Counted from the stretch's first letter, positions 37,304-50,632 are shown. The stretch: 64,000 nucleotides of DNA from Eremomyces bilateralis CBS 781.70 (GCA_010015585.1 ML975162.1); one strand, 5' to 3'. Numbers and translations are program-made. Notes: generated from the sequence alone by a model not told the origin.

Positions 37304-38440
37304 TCAAGATCTATGCTCCGGCTGGAGATTGCTGCTTTCTCGCTTCCCCGTGGGACTGCATACTTCGGGATTAAGAACCAGCTTTCGCACCTCGTGGTCT
37401 TTCCATGCAGCTGGATCCCGTTTCTGAAGAAACTTCTCGATCCGCTCTTTTTTCAAAAGTTGATTTCTCTCCCAGATGTCCCGATCGCTCTGGGATGCTT
37501 CGGGCTGATCGCTCACTTCTACCGAAGGAAGAACTTTTGACGCCGACAGTGTCTCACGCCTGGCCATCATCAGATGCTTCGACGCTTCATCATGCTTTGC
37601 ATCCAATCGCGCTACATAACCCGCCGCGAACGAATCCGCTCGGATGGCGTTGAGCCCTGTGCCCAGAATTGTGAAGAAGACCATGACCGATATGAATGTC
37701 ATGTGAGAGAAATATACGGGCTCCGTGCGCTTGCTAGAACCGCTGCTGTTGAAGAAGTCATACCATTGGGCGTCGGATGCTCCGGCACCTGGCTGTTCCC
37801 GCGCTTGGTCTTCTCGCAACTTCTCCCAGTCCTCCCAGGTTGCGCATCGGCTTGCTGCCCGCTGCCATCGAGGATCTAGAGAGCTGTTTGGGGTCCAATT
37901 CATCCTATCCAGTGGGTTCTCCATGTTTCCAGCCCATCCGATGCCATAGTTATCGTAGTTCTTCCGCTTGGTCACGTCACTCAAGAGAGCATGCGCGGCG
38001 ACGATCAGTCGGTATCTTTCCAGGCGAACGGTAGGGTCCAGCGATTGTATCGCCGCATGTGAGCAATGGAGGGAGTGGTCGGGATGATATAACTTGATCA
38101 ATTGCGGGAAGATGCTCGCGTTGCGGTCATACGGCGTGTCTCGGGAATGGTGGAGGACTTGATATGGAGTGGGGTGTGATTGGGAGGGCCATGGTGGAGG
38201 GGTGAATGAAGACGGCTGTCTATTCGGCTGGGACGAGATCGATTCGCCTGAGAGATCGTTTTGAGACTTCAGGAAGTCGTCGGAAGCGACGGTCGCATAT
38301 TTCTTGCATTGTATCGGGCGCCATTGGATCTGATTCTGCTGAGATGCTCGTAGAAGTGGCAGGTTGCCACTACCGGCATGAAGGTGACATTGCAACGAAT
38401 TGCATGCCGAAACTAATACACTCTGTTTTCGTAGGATCAT
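37304..38440 (-). CDS. JID1: Mitochondrial J-domain membrane protein, Jid1-like
   Basis: Presequence-like N-terminus, PTPYQVL, LIKLYHPD (HPD motif), RLERYRLIVAAHALLSD..KRKNYD, ATWEDWE and one TM helix. Confidence 0.8.
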   Translation of the reverse strand: MILRKQSVLVSACNSLQCHLHAGSGNLPLLRASQQNQIQWRPIQCKKYATVASDDFLKSQNDLSGESISSQPNRQPSSFTPPPWPSQSHPTPYQVLHHSRDTPYDRNASIFPQLIKLYHPDHSLHCSHAAIQSLDPTVRLERYRLIVAAHALLSDVTKRKNYDNYGIGWAGNMENPLDRMNWTPNSSLDPRWQRAASRCATWEDWEKLREDQAREQPGAGASDAQWYDFFNSSGSSKRTEPVYFSHMTFISVMVFFTILGTGLNAIRADSFAAGYVARLDAKHDEASKHLMMARRETLSASKVLPSVEVSDQPEASQSDRDIWERNQLLKKERIEKFLQKRDPAAWKDHEVRKLVLNPEVCSPTGKRESSNLQPEHRS

Positions 38441-39229
38441 CCTCCTGACTCCGGCATTGTACGATCATTTCAACGAGCAGAAGTGCCCGACGGAATTGTC
38501 AAACGGGAACCTGTGCGAAAGAGTCGGAATCACGAGAAGAACAAAGGCAGTGTATGATTCGGACGAAGTGGCACTGCACGTGACCTCGTGATGAATGAGA
38601 ATCGGAAGTCACTCGGATTTCATAGTTACGCGTCTTCGAACTGTGCCATCTACTTGAACCAAACTGCGCTAATACAGGTTGACCTCATTATGAAACCTAT
38701 TTTACTGGGTGTGCTAGTCAACATGAGAGTGTCTCATTGTAATACAAGACACCGTGGTTAGCTCGAAGCAGATCTCTCATCCAAGGCGGAGGCAGAGCAT
38801 CAATTCTTCTCACCCGGATAGTCTCCGGCCTACTGAGTACAAGTTTTCCTTTGTGGTTGAGTGTGTTTCATTTTTCAATCTGGCTGTCTGGTAAAACAGG
38901 TCCTAAGAATTACAATAACTATCAAATTGTCAATGTCGAAAATTCCTGTCGCTATCCGCTTTTGTGGTTCCTCCCCTCGTAACCCCTCTGTGCCTGATAT
39001 GTCCAGCACATATGCGTCCCATCTAGTCAAGTCCATTTCAACCTATCCAGCAACTATGAGAACCATGCTAGCACCAGGAGCATGTTAAATCAAACAAGAA
39101 TGTATCAATGACCGATTCCCCCCGTCTATTACTAACACCTAAAGAGAACGTCGTGCATGTGGGAAATCAAACGAATGCATGGAAGTCGCAGCTGGCGATA
39201 TGGAATTGGACATGTCTCGTTTGCAACCA

Positions 39230-42200
39230 TCAGAACAACCCGAGAGCGAACTGGTAACGATTAGCATTTCCTCGATATTGCAAGAGCTGGGATACGTACC
39301 GGAAGAAGAGCGTGGCAACCGATTTGATTGGCCAAAGGAACGATTGCTGCGAAATCCTTGATCTCCCAGGCCCGCGGAGCATACTGGGCTAAATAAATGA
39401 TGCCACCAGTCATCGGGACGATTATGAGGTACATATACTTAAAGTCTTGGACGATCCGATCGAGGCCGGCACGGAAACCCGATTCTTCCAGTTCCTTTGC
39501 AGTCGTAGTCCATTCCATCCTAATGCTGAAGAAATGGCAGGCAATGGCTTTGAGCAAATGGTATGACAGCCCTCCGAAGAAGAGAAGGAACATCGGTGTC
39601 CACTTCATAGTCTCGAGCAGCGACATAAAGAAGGTCTTCTGTCCCAGTCGATGCCGTAACATAGCGTAGGCGAGGGGGGAGACAACGTTGAAGATGACTG
39701 CCATGCCCACGAAGATCTTCCACGAAGTGATGTAAAACTGGTCGACATTATCGCCGAACCACCCGACAATCAGATAATTGGCTAGAGTTAGAGGGATTGC
39801 GGATGCGATGGCATAATATGTTCCGATATACGCCAGGATGGTGATTTTAGAGGTGATTTTGATGTTGCTGAACATGAATCGGAGGAAGAGCCGGGTAAAT
39901 GGTCCTTTGATCGGCCACTTTAATAAGGGATTGAACACGAGTTCGTTACAACCGTACGCGTACTTCTCCCATCGAGCGAGTTCGTCGTACACAGTCAACG
40001 AGACACCCTCTTTGAAACCGCCATTGTGGTAGGCTGCAAGGCGTACAATAAAGCCGGCCATTTGCAGTCGGAGGGAGACGTCGAAATCTTCGGACACATG
40101 GGATTCAGACCAGAATTTGGTCTGTCCATCTTCCTGGAATGAGATGCTCTGGATTGCTTTCCAGCGGATAAAGGTATTGTGGCCGACGAATGGAGCACAG
40201 TCCCCGTTTCCGACGGCGAATTGGATGGAGGTATAGATCAGGTTCGTGAAATATGTGATGCCATTTTCGAAGACGTTGTTGACGACCTGTAGGATTCCGG
40301 ACGCGTGCTGGATCAATGCCACCTCAGGACTCTCGTACATTTCGAGCGCACCGAAGATGAGGCAGTCCTCTGGCTACAGCGGATGTCAGCATTTTGTTGC
40401 GACGTTCTCAACAAATTACTTACCACACGCGTATCTGAGTCGATAATGAGGATGATCTCGCCCAGTCGCACATTGCCAGCGGCCCAAGTGCGCCCTTCGT
40501 CGGATTCGATCATCGCATTCAGTGCTTTCCCGTACAGCTCTTCCTCCTCCTCGACGCTCAGTTCTTCAGAGGTGCATCCCCGTTCCCGGCACGTTGCCTC
40601 AATCAGACGAAGCAACTCATCTTCAACTCGGATCGAGAAGTCCAGGCAATAGTTCATGTTGGACGCTTTCTTGAACTGGCCCTTCCGAAGGAACACTACG
40701 TCACCTTCATTGATCTCTTTATCGCAATGACCCGGTCGAGAGCACCATCCGATGCTGTTGATCTCGTAGAAAGCCTTGCGCGCTTCCTGGAGCTCGGGCT
40801 TGACAATTTGCATACCGTCATCGTTGACGTATATCGAAACGGTACCTCCTTGCTCTTCATAGTGCCTCACCGCCGCAAGAAGAGAGGTCACGGTAGGAAT
40901 GATGACACCTTTCAGGCCTTCCTTATAGACAGGCATCTGAATGGTGATATGAGGGAGCTCATAGTTTTTGTGACGAGCGATGATTGGTGGTTTAGCTGCA
41001 TTGCGAGGTTAGTCAAATCAGTCCATTCTGTAAATTTGCTATCTAGGACCTTTCACTTACCGGAATAGAATATAGAATTTCCACTCAGGCCCGATAACGG
41101 GAAGAATAGCTGGAACGCGGATCCGGTAATGACGATCATGAAGAACTGCATGTGTTTGAGTTAGCTCCATTACTCCACCAGACATCAGACACAAGATCTC
41201 TGAGATCTGCATCGCAAGATCGCAATGTTTCGCGTATCTTCAGCCTTGTGCATCCGCGACTTCTAATCGAGCCCTAAAGCGTAGCCCTTGCACGTAGGGC
41301 AACATAGTGTCGCCAAATTTGCCGCGGATTGGCCACCAGTGCAGCCTGATCAGCTCACAAGTGGACAGCCTTCGACTCACCATGACCGACCATCACCTTG
41401 ATTCAAGCAAAATACCTTGCCATAATTGGTCATGCGGGTACGCCATGGGGAATATTGCGTCCAATCCGCGATATTTGGAGATGAAATCGAACGAATGAAT
41501 TTTCCCACTTACCAACGAGAACATGGCGAATAGCGGGATGGTGGCCACCTAATAAAGCTGCATCAGCCTCATCTTCTTCCAACTTCAGTTGATGTGTTCG
41601 CACAACTTACCAGAGCAAACCGGATCATGCTTCCATCTAACCGCACTTCGGTGATGAGCTGGTAACGGTTAGTTGCTGGAGGAGACCTGAGTTGTCGGGT
41701 AAGGCGGCGACGTACCTTCGCGAGACATGCCATTTCAACGACGACCACAAGAACCATCGCGAGGCCAATGATGACGGCATGAGTGAGGAGCATTTGTCGT
41801 TTTGGTGGTGCATCTCCATCCTTCTCGGGGTCGAATGCTTGATCGCCTTCTTCTTCGCGCTTGATGGCTGCTTGAATCACACCAACCTTTTCGCTGATGA
41901 TGGGGTCGTCTGGTGTATGGTAGCCGGACGGGATTCCAGAGTGCATGCGAAGGGTGGATTGCCGGGTGGGTGCTAAGGACGTCCGATAGGGTGACAGTTG
42001 GGTGTCGGGTGTGGCTACCTGTTCTCCCCAAACCTGCGGTATGTTAGAGAAACGAGGAAGTATATACAAGAGCTTGTACTAACAATCCCGAGTAGCCTGT
42101 TCTCAACGTCGGTACCGTGTGCGAGGATACCTTGCGCAGTGTCGCCCCAAACCAAGACAAACTTCTCCGCTCTGCAAAGGCAGATATATGCGTCTCGGGT

Positions 42201-42726
42201 CACTGTGCACTTGCCAGTCGCGATGCTCTTGACCGAGTCGACAATGGGAAGGGCGACCCCTCGCGGGTCCAACGGTATCTCGGTCTGGAACGGAGTCGTC
42301 TGGTTGAGAAGTGCTTGAGTGATCTCGGATGACATGGTAAAGGCGGCTGTCACTCCGAGTCGTTCAACTGCTTTGACAATGTCGGGATTCATGAACATTG
42401 GTTCAGCCGTATAGATACCATCCGGCCTCCGGAGCAGGACTCCAAGATTCGAGGCTCCGCCGTCGATAACCCCATACTCGCCTTCTGGTGGCTCAAGCCA
42501 TTTTGAGTTCCCGACCTTTCGATGCAAGTATTTGACCATCTATACTCTTCATTCAGTTTTTGGTTTGCTCTAAGGGGTGAAGACATATACTTACAACATC
42601 GTGCTTATCCTGAGTGCTCGATCCACTTACTATGCTTGACGTTGCGCTGTCCCTGAAGCTCACAGGCGGCGGCATGGTGAACCGGACGCCGGCGCCGAGA
42701 TCGCGTTCACTTCCTGAAGAACCCAT
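39230..42726 (-). CDS. Multi-pass processive-type family 2 glycosyltransferase with a long N-terminal soluble domain, ~9 exons
   Basis: ITIQMPVYKEGL, VNDDG, FKKASNMN, IDSD (DxD), FVGHN, HVSEDF (catalytic ED) and ELARW in place of QxxRW, with several TM helices. It starts MGSSGSERD (42726) and ends FALGLF* (39230). Confidence 0.92.
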
Positions 42727-45700
42727 CGCGAGATACGGGTTGGTGGACAACGACAAGAGATCAAGGCGGAAGAGAATCGAGTTGAAGATGGTTATCAACA
42801 AAAGTTTGGTCGCCTGGGCGGCTGGAGTTGCTCACAGGTCGGCGACTTCCACTAAGCCTCAATGCCAATATACCTGGGAGCACTTCAGCCTTGCAGGTTT
42901 ACAAAGGCTCTGGAAGTCTAGGGCTTTCGAGCAAACATCCGACAACATCCCACGTCACGCTGGCTTTCGCTTGGGCTGGAATTCAGCTGAATTGGAAACC
43001 CAAAATTTATACAGACCAGGTGGATAACAATGTGGAGTTAGACATCAACGCGCAGATGTTTCGCTTTTTCCAACCTCGAGGATTTCATCCAGATGGGCAA
43101 TCGAGCTCCAGGTTTACCGACCATGCAAGCCAAAAGCGGCACTGATGGAGTATAGTCCCAATCGACTGGCTCAAGGAGCGTGGTCTTGGTATCGAGAAGC
43201 CATGTGCAGGGCCTAGACTGTTACTACCATTGTTACGCCGCTGCTTGTTAAGGTTCGAAACGGGTATCACAGGAGACCAGGATAAGCGGGCTCCGGACAG
43301 ATTGGACCAGATTGAGATACAGGACTCGGCGACATCGATTGCAGGCCATCTGGCGAGATCCGTGCAGGGAGCCACAATTGACACTAGCAAACACAACTCT
43401 CGCGAACTGCAGCATATTGACAGCCACCACATGAGGTGCCAGGTTGTCATGTTTCAGTCCGGCCTGGAATCTAGTTGGCTAGCCGCCAGTTCAGATCTTC
43501 TGTTATCGAAGCAGGAAAATGTCGCAAGCACTAAGGTTCCACGTAAAGACAGAGAATGTTTGGAGGATCGTTCGATACGAAGCAACGCATATAGTATGTC
43601 AACCTGCCAGAGAAGTGAGCTCGGGCTCCGCAAACTTCAAATTCGGCGTCACCGCCCGATTAGGTAACGTCGTCCAATACTCCCGTCTTTCACCCGTCAA
43701 ACCGTTCTTTACGAACCATGGCCAGGAACCCTCGTTGGGCTCGTAAGTCCCTCAGTGGCCGTATGTAGCCCTTGATACTAAGGGACCGGCTACCCTAGCT
43801 ACAAATTTCGACGTCAACGAAGTTCCGTCATGGGGAAAGAGCTGGGATCCCTCCATACCTCCCAAACACCGTATTTCAAATTCAGATATATTTTTGTCCC
43901 TGTGGCGCTCCCCAATGCCCAGGAAACTTGGCGACTTGATCACATAATCGCATACTGGCTGTTCTATGGGAATTCGGATGCCTTGTTGTAAATGCTCGTT
44001 TCCTCCTTGCATTTATTCTACAAACGCAGGTCGAAGATTGGCTGGCGACCTCTAAGGCTCGAACTATCTAGCGAGAATCCTGAACCCGATACGGATAGGC
44101 TGCTCTGAATTATGACCAAGCGGTTTCCAGAAGCTTGTCCGAGCTCCACCATGGTTGGACCACCGGATGGCCCGGATGTACCTCCTGCCTAGAACATGTG
44201 CTGGCATGACATGTATTGAAGACTTGCATAGACGAATATTTTGCAGCATCTTGCCGAGCACTACTTTTGCTTGCGGTCCGGAGATAGCTGATAATTAATA
44301 TCGAGGGGTTCATTCGTTCTAGATTAACATACGACATACCCTCGAGGATCGACAGTTCGGGAATGTCTCAAAGCGTTCATCGACCTGCAAAGTGCAATCG
44401 TAGAGATCTATGATGCGGGGAGCGACAGATTACCGCCCGAGAAATCCAGAACACCACCGGAATTAAGCTCTTGTCCGCTCGTGTTAGCTTCCGTCTTCTA
44501 CTGCTTCATTTATGCGGTTATGCCGGCAATATGTATGGCATGGACGACTCCCAACCCATTTCTATTGACGAAGTGATGGCGGATGGTGGACCTCGGAGTC
44601 ACTCGGCCAAATACCAAACGAAACCTATTGAATCTTGGCCGACGAAGAGTATCGTATAACAGTCAACAGTTGAGCGTATTAGAACGCCTGATAGGAACAG
44701 GCAGTTGAGGTCTTGAGGACCAAGAATCCAAGACACTGACGGAGGAAGCGTGGGGGTGAAGAATAGGGGGAGACAGAACTGAAGTATTGAAATTTGCAAG
44801 CGGTGAGGCACCAAGGCAGCCTTGCCACCCGCTAATGGAAGCTTGGCACAACGTCCCTCTGCTATCCACATCAGCATCCCCAATCTTCATTCCTGAATCC
44901 TGCCCACCCGCAACACACAACGCCACCGCACAAAGTCAACCAACAGGACAACACTGATTCTTGGTTTTGCTCCTCAATCTGCGGTCAAGTACTGGTCCAC
45001 CTCGTCGATGCCACTCTCTAACTGATGTCGTAGCTCTTTGTCTGGCTACCATCAATGGATAACGTTACTGTCTTGCTCTCGTATATATTTTCTTTCTGCC
45101 TCGTACCTGACTGCTCAATGAGAGAGTTCATCTCACGGTACACAGATGTTTCTATATCTGGGCTCACCTGGTGTTGACACGGTCAATCAATTTCATTGGG
45201 TACATATTCTTGGTATCCTAGGATTTCGGTATCATAATGCACGGCCAGCCATCGATACCTGTATCTGGGAACATTCAAGCAAGGGTCCGGAAAAGTAACA
45301 AAGGTATTCCGTATTGCATATGGATATCTCCTGGGAATTAATTGACGACCAGGCGGATCAGCCCCCTAGAGGCCTAGACGCTGCGAGTATGCAAGGTGAG
45401 TTTTGCCTTCACGCAAAGACCATTTGCCAATTGTCATCCATTGTCCTTGACACGGGCCATCGGACGATCCACGTCACGAAGCCCTCGGTCTCAAAATCCA
45501 TTATCAGGCGACTGGAAATTACGGCGACAGCAACAGCAGTAGCACGCCAAAATGGTAATTGATAGCGATTGGATTTACGATCAACTCAAGCATCCATGCT
45601 TGGTAGATAGGAGGCTGGCTTCTGGATGGGTCCTATGAGGCACCTGGCTGGACAAGTCTATGCGGGAGTCTAGCGATTGTAGGCGTCTGATCTCCATATT

Positions 45701-46197
45701 GGGACATCATTTGTTTCCAGCAACATCGGTTTGAGAATCAGTGCCCGGTTCAGATCAGCCCAGTCTCCAGCCTCGCGGCGAACCTCGCGTGGACAATTCT
45801 CTATCTGGATATCGGACTAGTCGAGAATCTTGATTGGGAATTCATTCTAGAAGACGACTGGCTTGATTAAGTATATGAGCCTCAGACGATCTCTCCACTG
45901 GTTGTACAACTCCATATCCAGCCAGGAGGATAGTGTCTCTGTCGCTGATGGTGTTATTTCCTATATCAATTTTGCCTTCAACCAAACTTGGTTGACACGT
46001 ACTTCTTCGGCTTGTTCCAATCTCCCCCCCAGTATCTTCAATCTCCACCCTTCATAACCGTACTGATAGCTAGTCTTTTATCGCCCAATTTAATTCCTAC
46101 CCCGATAGAGTCTTTTCCTTGAATGTTTACCTAGCTCAAGGCTGGTCAGGGCATATTTGCAACCCAAATATCTCCTTGGAGAGAAGCATCGCCCAGG

Positions 46198-47631
46198 ATG
46201 TCCACCTCCGGCTCTGGTTCTCGTGCACCATCAATCCATACTCCTTCTTCCAACCCATTTTCTACCCCATTACGATCAAGTCGGGTTCCCAGCGAGGATG
46301 AACGACGAGTCTCATACTTCCCGTCCACAGCCATCCAGGGTCATGCACCCAGGCAACGAAAGTTCAAGTCTGCTCGGTTTACTGGAGAGTACGAAAAACC
46401 ATGGCTCGACGAGCCGAACCCGCGGAGGAAGTGGGAGCGTCTCATTCTCTGGGGCAGCGTGGTGATTGGGTTTGCCATTGGCGGTTTTATATGCTACATG
46501 GCATACGCTTCGGTCTCGAACTTCGAGTACTGTCTTGTGATGGATGATAACTTCGAGTCCATCAACTCTGATCATTGGGGATATGAGATTCAGCGGGGAG
46601 GTTTTGGCACCGGGGGCTTCGACTGGACTACGGACGACCCCAAAAACGCATATACCGACAGTGAAGGACTTCATATCGTTCCCACTTTGACTATCGAAAC
46701 CACCAATATCGACCTTGGCCAACTTACCGATAATTACGTCCTCAACCTTACTACCGATGGCACATGTACGGAAAATGGCATCGATGAATGCTCTATCCGA
46801 AGCAACATCACCTCAGGAGACATCATCAACCCCGTCCGAAGCGCGCGGCTGACCACTAAAGGAAAGAAGTCCATCAAATACGGCCGAGTCGAGGTCATTG
46901 CAAAAATGCCAAAAGGCAGCTGGCTATGGCCTGCCATCTGGATGATGCCTGAGAACGACGTCTATGGTATATGGCCGCGCAGCGGTGAAATCGACATTGC
47001 CGAGAGCAGAGGTAACCATGGAGACGACTACCCTGATGGTCGCGACAGCGTGATCAGCGCCTTGCATTGGGGACCGCTCCCAGAAGTCGATGGTTTCTGG
47101 AAAACCAGTGGAAAACACAATGTCCGGCGGACAGATTACTCAGAACAATTCCACACCTTCGGTCTGGAATGGAATGAGAACTACCTCTTCACCTACATCG
47201 ACAGCCGTCTTCTCGTATGTTTCCGATCTACCAGTATCTACATAATTCACCCCATCCAGTCACTAACCCCCTCCCAGCAAACCTTCTTCATTAAATTCAA
47301 CCACGGCCCCAAATCCATGTGGGACCGTGGCAATTTCGGGGAGACCATCGTCAACCACTCCGCCCTCTTCGACCCGTGGTCCCAAACTGACCGTGCCAAT
47401 ACTCCCTTCGACACCCCCTTCTACCTGATCCTCAACGTCGCGGTGGGTGGCACCAACGGGTACTGGAAGGACGGCGTCGGCAACAAGCCGTGGGGTGACG
47501 CCTCCATCGACGCGCCGCGCCAGTTCTGGGAGTCGCAGGGCCAGTGGTATCCAACATGGGGCGAGGGGGCGAAGCGAGGGTTGACGGTTAAAAGCGTGAA
47601 GATGTGGTCGGAGGGAGCGTGTGGGAGCTAG
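46198..47631 (+). CDS. Type II membrane-anchored GH16 beta-1,3-glucanase / glucan-binding-protein-like enzyme
   Basis: A cytosolic Ser/Arg-rich N-terminus and TM helix LILWGSVVIGFAIGGFICY precede KYGRVEV.AKMP.GSWLWPAIWMMP, catalytic EIDIAE and FYLILNVAVGGTNG. One 63-nt in-frame intron lies at 47215-47277. Confidence 0.94.
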   Translation: MSTSGSGSRAPSIHTPSSNPFSTPLRSSRVPSEDERRVSYFPSTAIQGHAPRQRKFKSARFTGEYEKPWLDEPNPRRKWERLILWGSVVIGFAIGGFICYMAYASVSNFEYCLVMDDNFESINSDHWGYEIQRGGFGTGGFDWTTDDPKNAYTDSEGLHIVPTLTIETTNIDLGQLTDNYVLNLTTDGTCTENGIDECSIRSNITSGDIINPVRSARLTTKGKKSIKYGRVEVIAKMPKGSWLWPAIWMMPENDVYGIWPRSGEIDIAESRGNHGDDYPDGRDSVISALHWGPLPEVDGFWKTSGKHNVRRTDYSEQFHTFGLEWNENYLFTYIDSRLLVCFRSTSIYIIHPIQSLTPSQQTFFIKFNHGPKSMWDRGNFGETIVNHSALFDPWSQTDRANTPFDTPFYLILNVAVGGTNGYWKDGVGNKPWGDASIDAPRQFWESQGQWYPTWGEGAKRGLTVKSVKMWSEGACGS

Positions 47632-48954
47632 ATGCGTGCTGGTAGGCGAGGTGCGGTGGAAGCCGTCACTGATGCAGGCGGCTAGTGACGAGCCGTCATC
47701 TTGGGTCGTGGGTAGGCATTGGACTATTCCATGCATGGCAGCTCGTTCTAGGAGGTACAGAAGCGCGTACATGTTTTTCGCTCAGCTTATTGGTAGCTGG
47801 GCAGCTGTTTTCTACGTGGCATGGCATGTTGCCTTTCTTTTCTCATGCAAGGAAGGCAAGGCACCTATTGAGGTTACAGCAGGATTTGGATGCTAGCCTC
47901 CCTACATCTTCCTCATTTATCCTACGAACGCCGGTGAACCATGATAAAAACCGCGGCGATGACTTCTAGCGGGCTTGGTATGCAGATAGATATGAGGATC
48001 ATTAATTACGGCTGGTTTGCGGAATCATTCACCTCACGCCCGTGCAGTGCTCGTGGAACTCGGCCAAAATGCGTCTCGTGTTCATCAACTCGCATCTTCA
48101 TTCTGATTTCTGACCTTAATTCCGAGTAATACTTTGGGAGAGCCTGCCCAACCGCAGACCCGACTCATGCACTCTGCAATCCTTCGCCAGTTTATTGAAT
48201 CTAACCAATCTAAACCACTATTTTTGGTCGTTATCACGAGAAATGCCAGGGGCGGTTACACTTTACAGACCAGGTCTGGACCCTCCCGCTGTTCCGCCCC
48301 TGTCTATCAACCGTGACTAGGGTCGGGATCTCACGCCTTGAGATCTCGACCCTCGTCCCTGGTGCTCCTAGCCCGGCCTCAGAAATTAGAAACGAGCTCC
48401 ATCCGGTTAGTTGCCGCGGTGGGGAGAGTGCTAGTGGAATACCGGTGCGCATCCCTGCCGGCTGAACCTCCCTATTACCGAATTCGACGACGGTTGGGGA
48501 ACGTCCCTCGCCCTTGTCTCAACCTTATCCCTTCGCATGCATCCTGCTGTCCGACGTTCACAATTCACACTTCGCACTGCGCTGCTGCAGCGGTAGGTGC
48601 CCACCCGTGACTGGGTAGCTCGTTGTCGTCATGGGAATCGGCACTACAAGGCCCAGAAGGCTGTGGAACAGTGCTGGGCGAGTGACAACTACCGACAGCT
48701 ACTGTACAGTGGGCAGATGCCTTGGATCCTGGTATGTACAGGTACGGTCTAAAATTCTGCTCGGTAATAATACCGCCTGTTCCATGGTGATCTGGACCGT
48801 AGTGGGTACATGTTCACGCTCGTTGTCAATAAAGACACCGGCTTGACATGGCAGCTCGTTAGCGCCGACGGGTAGTGCCGACGCATACGGAGTACATCTC
48901 ATACCATCTCTTGGTATTGGAAGCACAGGTGCCAAATTCACAAACCTGTTGTCT

Positions 48955-48984
48955 TGACAATGACAATGACAATGACAGTGACAG
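48955..48984 (+). repeat. Short (TGACAA)n microsatellite
   Basis: tgacaatgacaatgacaatgacagtgacag. Confidence 0.7.
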
Positions 48985-50632
48985 CTGCATCAGTCGTGGC
49001 ACTGTTGTCAAAACTCAAAAGTCTCCCCAAAGGCCAAAGCTGAACATGCATCATCAACGTCCCTGAAGATGGTCCTCGCTTCGAATCGCCCTTTTTGTGA
49101 TCGGTTACCTCTCTCTAGCGCTCGCATCAAAAGCTTATTATCTCATCTCACACAGTCACGTCTTGTACGGATCCACTTAGACCATCCATCTAGACTGTTC
49201 GAATTCCGATGTGCCCGATGGCTTCGATGATACGGAGCACAACGTCTCGCTGAAGCAATTGTGCGCTTTGTGGTGGTTATGAATCTCTGTGTTGGTCCCT
49301 AACTCCTGAGGATGTCAAGTGGCGTTTTGGACCATTGATTAGGAGGTTCCGTCTGCGTTCTCCAGTCTCCTTGATATCTGCCGATTGGAACTCCGAATGA
49401 CGCATAATTCGCATGCCCGAAGTCTTTTGCTGTACATGCCAGTGATGCCACATAGCTAGAATAGGTCCCCCACGCGGCCATACCTGTGGAGAATGTGTAC
49501 GATTGGTCGACGACTGACTGTTTGGAACTTTGAAAGGGTCTGATCAGCGTCTTTGTTCCAGGAAACACAAAGTTCGCATTTATGCTTCAGATCTGGTTCC
49601 ACGGCACTGGAGAGAATGCTTTGTGCTGTCGAGATCCCATTGTACTTTCTGCATGACAGGAATCTGGGGAAGTAGGTGGAAAACATGTCGTGGAAACTCG
49701 TACCTCTTGCATACCTGTATATTTACCACTGGCGGCAGTCGTATCCATGCGTCAGACACAAAATCAGCTGGTTCTTAGGCTGAGCCATATAACTTAAAAG
49801 GTGTACAATCTAGATTCCAGAAGACTCCTGTGTTGAATACGAAAGGAGAAAAATAACCGCTCGCTGAAATGATCACTGTCAGCAGTCCACACGCCACTGG
49901 CTGCGACGCTTGGGACATCTCCCGCCTTGCGAAATAGGTGGAAATATTATCGATTCTACCACGGGCACCAGAACATCTCATTTAATCGCCCAACCTATAC
50001 TAAACGCGACCGATGAATGGGGGTTTCAACATTTCCGTCTCTAACCCCCCGCCAATTGCCCCAACTATAGATAATTGACCACGATAAGGGACGCAATTAT
50101 CAACCGCCACCAAATCTCGAACGCAAAACGATCAGATCTCATCATCCAGGCTTCATATGGGCATGGTCAGCGCTCAGATCACTGATACCAGTGAGCACCG
50201 AGCAGGCTGGAAGAGTCTCGACCCCACTCTCGCGAGTTATTGGGATGTGGAAGGGATACCTCCAGGGCCCAGCGGCGTGCCTGGGCCCTGGCCCGCCGAC
50301 CCCTGACACCCGTACGGGGTAGCATCGCGACCCCCCGGCAGAGCATGCAACGCCTCGAGCTGCCACCCATGATCGACTCTCTCCACCGTGACCTGAGCAT
50401 TTTTTTGGACGGGCTTTACATACCTTTGTGACCATTTTGTCAATCATTTATAGGATATTTCGGGCTGCTTCATGGAGAAACTTGGGTGAGTTTGGACGGA
50501 AGAATTTTGGATCCACTCATTTATTTCTTATCTTTAACCGTTGCATTCGTTTATAAATGAGATATTGAGAATTGGTTACCTTGTCGAAGTTCCGAGCAGG
50601 TTCAGAGTTTCGAGCTCCGCTTGATCGCGACA

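Noticed and set aside
41148..41511. Unusually long GT2 intron as a possible riboswitch or ncRNA host
   Set aside because: No TPP aptamer or snoRNA consensus is recognisable by eye. An Infernal/Rfam scan would be needed to exclude it fully.
44327..44345. ACATACGACATACC, resembling the 5' end of fungal 5S rRNA
   Set aside because: Similarity stops after about 14 nt and no internal 5S boxes follow.
47632..50632. Many short ORFs between GH16 and AA5 as a possible fourth cluster gene
   Set aside because: None shows a recognisable motif, coherent splice structure or the codon bias of the neighbouring genes.
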